49,592 nucleotides of DNA from Priapulus caudatus (taxonomy: Eukaryota). The notes beneath the pieces were generated by a model. It was given only the letters and a program-made list of their open reading frames with translations. It did not search any database and was not told the origin of the DNA. Position numbers and translations under genes: made by a program. The stretch's first letter is position 1. Every line of letters starts with the position of its first letter. Positions 40,401 through 49,592 of this stretch are shown here, one piece after another. The DNA lies in assembly GCF_000485595.1 (NCBI RefSeq), contig NW_014577062.1, positions 53,992-103,583 of the forward strand, read 5' to 3'.

Positions 40401-43400
40401 ATTATAGCAATTAAATTAGGTATCTGGTAACAAATACGTGTGGGTATAGACGATTTGTTATACAGTAAGTACAGTTGAATGCAGAAAAATCCTAGAGTCT
40501 ACTATCCCTTTAACAAAAAGGAAATGAATCTAGATGGCCATTTTCAGTTTTGCCAAAATGTGGGCGTGGCTCGAAAGTACGTCGACTGGCGTGCTTCAAA
40601 ATAGGACGTTCAAATCTCTCCCATAGGAGTAACAACTGCATGAAATTTGAAACATGTGGGTCAAACGGTTCTTGAGTTATCGTTGACCGTAGGCGCAGAC
40701 ACTGAAATGCTTAAAGGGACAGTAGCCTCTAGGATTTTACTGCATACAACTGTACTTACTGTATAACAAATCGTCTATACCTACATGTATTTGTCACCAG
40801 ATACTTAATTAATTATTTACACAGCGCTACGAAATTTGAACGGCGCCATGACACCCGCGACCGTGCTGCCACCCTGAAAAAGTTGCGTATTTGCATTTTT
40901 ATTTTGCAGGTAAATGACCGAGGGCTAATCACAAAAGTGCAATTATATTTATACCTAAATGCTATTTAACCGAACGATATTCATTTTAGGGCAAATTTAT
41001 CCATATATGTCGTTTATAAGATATTACAATCCTTTTGCTTTTAAATGAATAAATAAGAAATACTGTGGTCTGTAGCAGCCTAAAAATTAAATGTTTTTTT
41101 CGGAGCTGCTTTTTTTGTTTTGTTTGAAAAAAGAGTCTCGCTCTTTTTTTAGGGAGTATTTTAGGCTTGACAGAGCTAGCGTTTTCACATGCATGATTTT
41201 GTCTACTTTTCTAATTTGATGCACTGACTCTAATTGAGATCATTTAAGATTCGCTCAGCACAGTATAGATTCATGTGTGTATAGAATCGTCAACAAATTA
41301 CATTCGATACATTGTTTTTATTCATTTCAACTCGATAGAAACCATCACATTCTATTCATTTCATTTACACCACGACATGCATTACCATGGCAGAGGGTCA
41401 GTAACGCGATGACAGACAGGAATCAAGAATTATTATCATGGTAATGATGGTATGGTTATTTTTCAAGTTGTGCTTTGCTTACTATTTCTTTTCATTTTTC
41501 ACCGTTTATTTGGTACATTCGGATGCAGCAAGTTCAGAACTGCAGATTGAGAGTTTTAGTTACTCTTGGTATTTAAGAAATCCAAGATTTGTACTGGGCA
41601 ATCTCTATAGTGCGGGAGTTTGGGTAAGGGTTTGACTTGTGGTTTTCTCCTCCAGTCCACGGGTACCCATGATAGATCCCCATGCTGCGGAACATCTGCA
41701 AGGTACAAGTGCCTAGATCTTTTTAAGTTATACCGTTTCATTGTTTAGATATCTACTGAATAAAATGTTCAGTTCTACAAATCAGTGACGAATTCCCAGT
41801 TACGCTTTGGTTACGTGCGCATTGTCGCTCGATCCCGGTCTGGGGGTCCTGGTCGTGCCCTCACTCCCACGATAATTAACTGAGATATAAAACTGTATTG
41901 TTATGCCGGCAAAACTTGGTGGGCTCGGGTCTCAGGGTCGGAACTATTTATACGGCTGTCGGTCGGAACACGGGGAGCGATTTTTTCTCTATCTTCCAAA
42001 TTTTCGCTTAGTGAATTGTTGTTTACCAGGCGCTTGATAGCGGACGGGAGCCGATCGTCGCCGCTACGTGTATTTTTCGCTGGGTCTGTAGCCTTGGTGG
42101 AAAGTGGTTTTTGCCGCATTGGCTGCGGATCGTGGGCCCGTTTGAGTGGACGTCGTTGCTATTCAAACTGTAGTCGTTAGTTTTACATTATAAAAAATAT
42201 TTCTAGGGTGATTGGACATGAAACGTGTAGGTAGCGCATTATAGCTAAAATCAGCTGAAAAATAAGGACCGGTAGAGATTAGGAGGTCGTTCCTTTAAGG
42301 AATTAGGCAAAGTCTACCTTAATTTGAGTAATTTATAAAAAATATCAAACCCTGGTGATATGTTGGTCGGGGCGCCTGTATTCATTTCACATGAGATGAG
42401 CAAATTCGTTGAAGTGACTGGGCTTATGGCATTTCGATTTTGCAAAAGTGGGGGAGTGGGCTCGAAAGGTAGGCTAAACTGGGTGCGCCAAAAATAGGAG
42501 CGTTCAAGGTCTCCGGCATAGGAGGACAACTGTATGCGATTTGAACATGTGGGTCTAACAGTTCTCAAGTTATCGTTGACTGTAGCCACTGTTGACGACA
42601 GACAGCGGAGCGGCATGTTATGCGGGCACGCACTATGGCATAGCTCTTTGCGATGTCAAGGTGAGCTAAATAAAGGTGTCAATGACACTGTAGTACACAC
42701 AAAAAGGACAACAATGAGTGGTTGAGAAGACCGATGTCAGTTTGAATTGGGAGAAGCATCGACGTACTTATAGAAACGAAGAGTTATATGGTGAATATTA
42801 TATTACTGGCTTTATAATTATATGTGTTACATTTTTATGTGAAATATGTTGTGAGTGTGTGAAGTGTGAGATGTGGTGCGCCGATCAGTGATGGCGTGAC
42901 TAAATGATTCGACATTTACGTTTTTATAATCTTCAGTTTAGGGCACTGCCTAAAGCTGGAGCTCGCCGATGCGGTCGTGGTAGATTGAGCAGGATACGCT
43001 TATTCCACGTAGCTGTATTACATGTGAGCAATGGTGTTTCCCTGGGCATAAGGGACAATTTTGTCAAAGGTTGACTTGGTTGCCATGGAAGTGGTTACCT
43101 TCGTAATGGTTTTTCTAGCGCCCCCCAGGGTAGCACACGGTTGCATCGGTATATCGCATTATAATTTATACTAAGTGGGCGACAGTGCGGACAGCGGCTA
43201 ATTGGGTGTCTTGGGTGTGCTGCTGATAAATTATTTGGCCATAGAAGGTCTTTGACATAAGTTTCGGTATTTTGTTTGACTTTCGTAGCCATTCGACAAA
43301 TATTATCAGTGACTTTAACCATCCTAATTGCTATGCATTGCAGAACAGGGTGCATTGCAGTTGGCAGGCACATTGTGATTAGAGGTGCCAGCCATGGGCT

Positions 43401-46400
43401 TGCCCCGAGGTTTTTGCCTACCCACGTGGATTTCACTGATTCAGCTCGGGTGCTTAGGACAGCTGCTTTAGAAATAGTGATTTAAGGACGTAAACCTTGT
43501 TCAAACATTTGATTTGCATTAAACTGGTGGACCTGTAGCTCACATTCACACTAAGTATGGGCTTCTAATATAGCAAAGCAGTTCAGTCATTTGTTAAAGT
43601 ACAATCAATGTTTAACTCCTCTTGAGGGTCCAAAAGGTTATACCGGAATTCTCTTCGCATGTCAGCGGAAGTAAGTTTCATGTTGTTCAAGAGCATTTGA
43701 ATATGGTAGTCGTCCCGCTGAACAAAAAGGTTGTTGTTCCAATCGCTAGTCAGACATGTCCTCAGAATGTCTGAAATTGCCTGTGCCCCGATTGACCTTT
43801 GACCTGTGGACTCCCAATTTCGCGCCGAGTGGGTGGCTGCTTTCCTCAGATGCTATACACGACTTCCGAGGCGTAGGTGAGCATTTAGTATTGCGTGCGC
43901 ATCTGCTTTCTCCTGTACCTTAGGTTAGGAGGGATGTTTCCCCTTCTTTTACCCTCTTGACTTTGACTTTGACCCCTGCGTTCGCATGTCAATGTTACAG
44001 ATTACCACCCGCCCCCCCCCACGGTCCGAATATCGTGAATGTACCGTCGAGGTTAAGATTTGTTGCCAACTGTCTGTACGGAGCACACGGTAGCACCGGG
44101 TAGCGATTACGGATCACGCACGTTCATGCGTTCTACCAGATGATCTGACTATGTCAGATGAGCTAAATATCCAATTTGGGGTGACGGGTTAGATGGCGCT
44201 TACCGCTTTGATGTTTCTTAGCGTGGTTCGAATAATAGGTTATGTGCTGTTCGACAGTTTTGTAACTGTACTTAATATTAGACGTTTTATTGGCGAGGGG
44301 TGGAGAGGAAATACAATTTTGCATTAATTATATTGTCTGAAATCTTGTAAACGGAACGACGAGTGTGACCCAAGACTGTTATCTGCGTGTCTATAACAGT
44401 AATATGCCCTATATAATGCAAAATACTATATTTGCATAATTTTTTTTTAATATTCAAACCTGGGGCCCTTATTCTTCATGTGACGTTCAAAATGTAGCTA
44501 TCGGTTGAATGAACTGACTAGGGCATTCCCATTTTTTGCAAAATTGCCGTGGATGAAGATACGGGCAATGCCGTGCTCCAAATATGGACGTGCATATGGG
44601 AGTAGCGAGTAACAACTATACAATTTCAAATGTGGGTCAAACGGTTCTGAGTTATCGTTGACGTAGCAAAGGTTGACGGAAAGGATGGAGGCGGCAGGCG
44701 GACGTACGACGGACGACGACCCATGGAAATAGCTCATCTTGACGATGTCAAGGTGAGCTAAATACACAGACAACAATAGAGAAACAACACGAACCATGGG
44801 TGTTGAATCAAGGATAATAAAAAAACAATTTACGACCGGTCTCGTGTTTTCCCCACTTTTACGATACCGTTATTGCTCGCTAATCTGTGACTTTCTGGCA
44901 ATACCGCGAGATATCGGCCAGGGATAAATAACTTAAAAATCCTATCGCGTTCACTACACAGAATCAGATGCCCTTTCGTTTAAATTAGGTGCACTTGTTT
45001 TGAAGGCGCCATTTGCAAATAAATTATCGCTATAATTAAATATGGCGTGATGTTATGATGTGTTTGATTCCAATTTTCTTAGCTATAACAGCATACACTC
45101 TTTTAAAATTGGAGTAATAAGTAACATATCCGCTATTAGGTGAGACTATATTTCACTATTTTTTCCAGATGTTCCAGATTATAAGCAATGATTTTGAAAT
45201 AATTCCTTTAAATGTGAGCTTTCAAGTCTGTACGTTTCTTTAGCAGGCTAAAACAATCGATACTGTAGCCTTATAAAGAAACTAGGTATGTATATATACT
45301 GCTCTAGGTAACAGCAGTAGTGAACATACCCTGGTGCCCGTACATGATTGTGCCTACAGCCTCTGCTGTTGGTGCTGAAGGCCGGGAGTACTGCGGCACT
45401 GGTCGTGACATGGTCGGCTGCATCACGGGCGGCGGCGTCGCACTGTGCTTCACCGGGTCCGCTGCTGAAGCCTTGCTGATCGGTAAGTTGTGAGGCTTCG
45501 GGCTGATCGTGGGTCGATGAGCAGGACTGTTGTGTATTGGTGAGGCATCCGCAACCACAACATCCTACACACAGAACACACACCCTGGTTTGTAGTGAAT
45601 ACATGCTATTTCGAGGAAGGGTCTTGATCTATGTAAAAAGGGCCAAATGTAAATAAGCGTCTGGGATAGTCACGCTCACTAAAGTGCAATGCCACACATG
45701 AATGCAATCATATGTAATTGCCCTGACATACACCTGTACACATGTGACCGGTTCATATTACCACATGTATACATATTTAAACGTGGCTAAAAATAGTTTA
45801 CATATATTGGCATGAAAAAGCATGAAAACTCATTTCCACTGAAAATCTGAACTGATTTCAATGAAACAAGTTGAGTATTGAGAGATATATTGTCGACTGA
45901 CGTACTGAATCGCTGTCCTCATCGTCACTCTCTGTTGCCGCGGCAACGGCACCCTGCATCGGCAGCATCGGCTGTCCCATCTTTGCCATGCGCTGTATCA
46001 GTTGTGCCTTGTCAGTGCTGGCAGATGGCTAATTCGTATTCAAAACGGCAAACACACGGTAAGATCATATTGCTGTACGCGGCCATGGCTAATATAGGAC
46101 CGCATGTACTGCAGAAGTGCTCCCTAGATCTGCTCACCAGGCCCGAGTTATCTTTGTACAACATTTGCACTTCCAGCAAGGTTACTATACACTCGTATAA
46201 CACCAATAAACTATTGCCAGCCATAACATACATTTGCCCCAATTATACTTGTTAAGAAATGTTACTAAACTAATAAACAAGATTATTTTTTGGTATGCCT
46301 GGCCACAAAGACATAGATCAGATCAACAACAACCATTATTGCTCATTAATTAATGGTTAATTTACTGGTAATGGCTGATTACTGGTTAATAATTGATTAA

Positions 46401-47455
46401 TAGTTAGCACGATAAGGCAGTAATATGGGGTAGTCTGATATGATAGCTTGTATATATATATGCTATCTAAGCTATATAGCTGTTCATAATACTAGCTTAC
46501 ATGTGACATCTGCTCACTAAGGGAGGCAGACCGGTCCTTCACACTATCAGCTCTGCTCTTAGTAACCGTGGTGTCTGTCGTGTCAACCTGCTCCGCCTGC
46601 AATCCACCGACCTTGGTGGGACTTTCGGCTCGTGAACCGTGCTCCCTAGTCAACTTTACCTGCAAGTGGCGACAGTTTGCACAAAGTGACATCTAAATAG
46701 TAGGTACACTGACAGGTAAAGTGACAAAATGATATATACATAGAAATGTTCACTTTACGTTTCTAAGTAATAATGAGTTTAAACAATATGATTTACATGC
46801 AAGCAACACAATATTTTCTTGTCACAGGTAAGCTAAAGAGCACCTTTATCAGCTCCACGTCCAAGATCAGAGTGGAGTTTGGAGGGACACGTGTGCCCAT
46901 CCCGTGCGTTCCATATCCAAGAGAGGGAGGAATTATGAGTAAGCGCCTGCCGCCTTTTTTCATCCCAATCATTCCCTCTTCCCAGCCCTGCATTCAAAAC
47001 AGATACTCTTAAAGGAACACAACAAGAATCGCTAGAACAGCAGTAGCAAAATATAGAATATAATTGGAAATTCATGCATCATCTCATCGAGTCTAAATAT
47101 TAGCATCTTGTGTGAGAGATTGAGACGTAATATTTAGAAATATTTAATCAAATATCTTTACTCTTTAGATGACCAAATTTATTCTGTAACTATCTAAAGT
47201 AATTATTAACTGATGGGTTGCTATAGTAATATAATATACCTTTATCACTTTTCCTCTGCCCATCTTTAGTCTGAAATTCTTGTCAGCAGATACATTTGAA
47301 TCAAATTGTGGACCTTGGACATGGTTAACCATCAGCCATCCTGTATATCTGACCTCTGCTGAATCGTCAACTTCTAAGCCACCACCCTCACCCGGAATAA
47401 GATCTTGCATAACCAGACCTTGCTCCTTGCCACTATTAGCTTTTGCAAATGCCAC
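28459..47455 (-). CDS. FKBP15: FK506-binding protein 15 (FKBP15/WAFL): FKBP domain, coiled coil, long acidic tail; 5'-partial, 22 exons, about 1430 aa visible
   Basis: Exons in transcript order: 47455-47240, 46987-46844, 46659-46501, 46028-45906, 45564-45330, 39387-39245, 38966-38877, 38690-38571, 38199-38105, 37756-37654, 37214-37043, 36623-36487, 36236-36153, 33568-33497, 33309-33157, 33010-32927, 32714-32586, 32023-31916, 31763-30247, 30147-30001, 29455-29272, 28542-28459(TGA). All GT-AG with consistent phases. Diagnostic motifs: FKBP fold [91 protein letters not shown]-terminus [19 protein letters not shown]. The N-terminal exons lie beyond the window. Confidence 0.93.
28939..29246. mobile_element. 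308-bp Tc1/mariner (pogo/Tigger-like) MITE
   Basis: ta|CAGTACACAATCCATTATCTGAAAC ... GTTTCGGATAATAGATTGTGTACTG|ta; about 25-bp TIR with CAGT start and TA TSD. Confidence 0.8.
30247..31763 (-). CDS. FKBP15: FKBP15 large Glu/Gln-rich low-complexity exon (1517 nt)
   Basis: Lies within ORF 30204..31910(-). Acceptor tacacag|GAG GTG ACC TTG (EVTLQLL continues the conserved helix); donor ACA AG|gtacat. Confidence 0.88.
30385..30760 (-). repeat. Coding 24-bp (8-aa) tandem repeat, consensus about QEEVPALV, roughly 15 degenerate units
   Basis: Translation [104 protein letters not shown]; + strand unit about cctcttgcaccaatgatggcacct. Confidence 0.85.
33701..34627. mobile_element. 927-bp PIF/Harbinger non-autonomous element
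   Basis: tta|TGGCCCTGTCACACCTTGACGATTTAGCC.GCGTATGCCGACGTATCAAAATTTCTCTAAAACGCTGGC ... reverse complement ending CAAGGTGTGACAGGGCCA|tta; about 68-bp near-perfect TIR and TTA TSD. Confidence 0.88.
39912..40509. mobile_element. About 600-bp Kolobok-like non-autonomous DNA transposon
   Basis: ttaa|AGGGATCGTTTACTCTAGG ... CCTAGAGTCTACTATCCCT|ttaa; TTAA TSD with purine-purine termini. Confidence 0.72.
40715..42294. mobile_element. About 1.6-kb Kolobok-like element, same family as 39912-40509 in opposite orientation
   Basis: ttaa|AGGGACAGTAGCCTCTAGG ... GTCGTTCCT|ttaa. 40715-41075 is a near-identical reverse complement of 40115-40509, and 42130-42294 is a diverged reverse complement of 39912-40085. 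Confidence 0.68.
42672..44167 (-). mobile_element. HINE family-A copy (indel-rich)
   Basis: 5' end (minus) tttagctcatctgacatagtcagatc at 44167; 3' palindrome gtgtcaatgacac at 42676-42688; colinear with 48046-49592. Confidence 0.68.
44460..44763 (-). mobile_element. HINE family-B 5' fragment
   Basis: atagctcatcttgacgatgtcaaggtgagctaaa is identical to 48010-48043, with (GGAC)-type microsatellite and a tttcaaatgtgggtcaaacggttctgagttatcgttgac block. Confidence 0.65.
46844..47455 (-). CDS. FKBP15: FKBP15 FKBP-type PPIase domain exons (47455-47240, 46987-46844)
   Basis: [104 protein letters not shown]. Confidence 0.93.
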
Positions 47456-47734
47456 CTATAAAAGTCAGTCAAGATGTCACATGACTGTAATAATCTAACA
47501 ATAGATATAATGTTAGTCATAAAATGGCTTCTAACACGGAACATTTCTAAACTGGGGCCCGTTTTCAGAAACAAAATTAGTGTTAACATTGTCTTATTAT
47601 TACCTTAGACTCGTAGTCGTAATCCATTGATAAAAATATCGTAATGTTGCGGGATGAAAATCCTCGCAAATTTCCTTATAACATTATGAGAGCCTAGACC
47701 CTTTCGTAACTTTAAGATTAAGAAGTTTTGGGGC

Positions 47735-48044
47735 CAGTCCTTATTCATTCACATACCAAAAATGAGCAAAATTCGTTGAACCTGAACTGACTTATGGCAA
47801 TTTCCATTTTTGCCAAAAAGTGGGAGTGGCTCGAAAGTAGGTCAACTGGCGTGCCCCAAAATAGGACGTTCACATCTCTCCCATAGGAGTAACAACTGTA
47901 TGCAATTTGAAACATGTGGGTCAAACAGTTCTCAAGTTATCGTTGACTGTAGCCAAATGTTGACGGACAGACAGACGGACGGATGTATGACGGACAACGC
48001 CCTATGGCAATAGCTCATCTTGACGATGTCAAGGTGAGCTAAAA
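47735..48044 (-). mobile_element. HINE family-B 5' fragment
   Basis: Hairpin head agctcatcttgac-gat-gtcaaggtgagct and (GAC[AG])n microsatellite; homologous to 42375-42669, 40525-40700 and 44460-44763. Confidence 0.68.
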
Positions 48045-48045
48045 T

Positions 48046-49592
48046 AAAAGTGTCAATGACACTGTAGCACACCACAAAAAAGGACACAAATGAGTGAGTG
48101 AGAAGAAGTCAGTTTTAATTGAGCAACCATCGACGTACATTATAGAAACGAAGAGTATATATGGGAGAACTCCCATTATATACTCTTCATAATTATATGT
48201 GTAATTTTTTATGTGAAAATAAATGTTTGAGATGTGAAAGTCTGAGATGTGGGCGAGTGATGGCGTTACACCTAAATGATCGCCATTTAACGTTTTTATA
48301 ATCTTCAGATTTAGGCACTGCCTAAAAGCGGAGCTCCCGATGCGTAACGTGTAAGATTGAGAGGATACGCTTATTCCAGGTAGCTGCTATATACCATGTG
48401 ACAATGGTGTTTCCCTGCCCATAATACAACTTTTGTCAAAGGTTAATTGGTTGCATGGAAGTGTTTACTTCGTATGAGTTTTTCTAGGCGGTAGCACACG
48501 GTTGCCATCTGTATATCGCAATAATAATTTATAAACCTAAGTGCCGCAGTGCGACAGGGCTCATCTGGTGTCTGGTGTTCTGCTGATAAATTCATTTGTG
48601 CATAGCAAGACGTCTTATACATAAGTCTTCTTTATTCTTGTTTGACTTTCGTAGCCAATTCGAACAAATATATCAGCTACACTTTCACACCCACCTAATC
48701 TCTATGCATTGCAGACACATGTGCATTGCAGGTTGGCAGGCAACAATTATGATTAGAAGCGTGCCAGCCATGGGCTGCCCCGTGTTTTTGCCTACCCACG
48801 TGAGCATTCACTGATTCAGCCTTCAGGGTGCTATAGACAGACTGCTTTAGAAAATAATGATTTAAGGAGCGTAAACCTTGTTCAACAAACATTTGCCTTT
48901 GCAATTAAACTGTGCAACTGTAGCCTCACATTCACACAGTCAATGGGCTCTAATAACCTATGGCAAAAGCATTTCAGTCTTTTGTTAACAGTCATATCAA
49001 ATCAAATGTTTAACGCGCTCCTCTTGCAGGTCAAAAGTTATCCGACACTACTCTTCGCATGTCAGCGGAAAGTACATTTCATAGTCCTTTCAATAAAGCC
49101 ATCAAAATGGTAGGTCACCGCTGAATAACAAAATTTTTTTTCAATCGCTACGTCAGACCCATGTCCTCAGAAAATGTCTGAAATCTGCCCTGTCCCATTG
49201 ACCTTTGACCTGTGACCTCCAATTTCGGCACATGGTGGCTTCCTACCATGATGCTATAACACCGACTATCACGAGCCTAGGTTGAGCCATTTAGATTTGT
49301 GCCGCAATTCTGCATTTCCTGCCCTATACCTTAAGTTAAGGAGGAATGCTTCCCCCTTCTTTTACACTCTTGACCTTTGACCTTTCACCCCAGCTTCGAC
49401 ATTCCAACTCGTTTACAGATTACCACCCCCCCCCCCCAACGTCCGCGAATGACGTGAATGTACGTCGACGCGGTTAAAGATTTTGTGCCCAACTGTTGAC
49501 GGACGCAACACGGACGCACGCCGGACGGACCGCAGCCTCGATGCGATTCTACAAGCTTGCGCATCTGACTATGTCAGATGAGATAAAAATAA
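48046..49592 (-). mobile_element. Near full-length HINE family-A copy (about 1.55 kb)
   Basis: 5' end (minus) tttttatctcatctgacatagtcagatgcgcaagcttgtagaatcgc at the window end; 3' end ggtgtgctacaGTGTCATTGACACtttt at 48046-48075. Confidence 0.72.

Larger units (their letters stand above)
39543..42669 (-). mobile_element. HINE-like element, family B, interrupted by two Kolobok-like insertions
   Basis: 5' end (minus) tttAGCTCACCTTGACATCGC.AAGAGCTA at 42669. 3' end (minus) AAGGTGAGCTA plus palindrome GTGTCATTGATAC plus ttt at 39543-39572. A family-B internal unit recurs at 40525-40700. Confidence 0.55.

Noticed and set aside
41438..42119. Short ORFs inside the larger Kolobok-like element as transposase remnants
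   Set aside because: No recognisable DDE, THAP or zinc-finger motif by eye
47551..47737. Possible MITE (ctggggcccgttttcagaaa ... ttttgggggccag)
   Set aside because: Terminal inverted match too short and imperfect to call

Overview
Metazoan (invertebrate-like) genomic scaffold segment with two N-gaps (17901-18659, 20750-21179) and three spliced protein-coding genes, each rebuilt by hand from GT-AG boundaries with consistent reading phases. (1) A complete USP20/USP33-family deubiquitinase (+, 19 coding exons, 1936-16514, about 977 aa). (2) TEX261 (+, 5 exons, 23758-25600); its first coding exon is not visible and probably lies in a gap. (3) FKBP15 (-, 22 exons, 47455-28459), 5'-truncated by the window edge. 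Introns and intergenic DNA are dense with non-autonomous mobile elements: Helentron/DINE-1-like (HINE) elements, LTR remnants, Mutator/Foldback elements with 9-bp TSDs, Kolobok-like elements with TTAA TSDs, Harbinger and Tc1/mariner MITEs, about 40-bp P-like micro-MITEs and a tRNA-derived SINE. I see no convincing new gene system. The most unusual structures are: a 5-kb insert bounded by two inverted related LTRs with a shared 4-bp flank; a 4-kb foldback element with hAT-like ends at its symmetry centre; and exon-encoded multiplication of L-F-acidic motifs in the FKBP15 tail. Family assignments come from recalled motifs, not database searches. Several repeat copies are indel-rich and may reflect assembly error.
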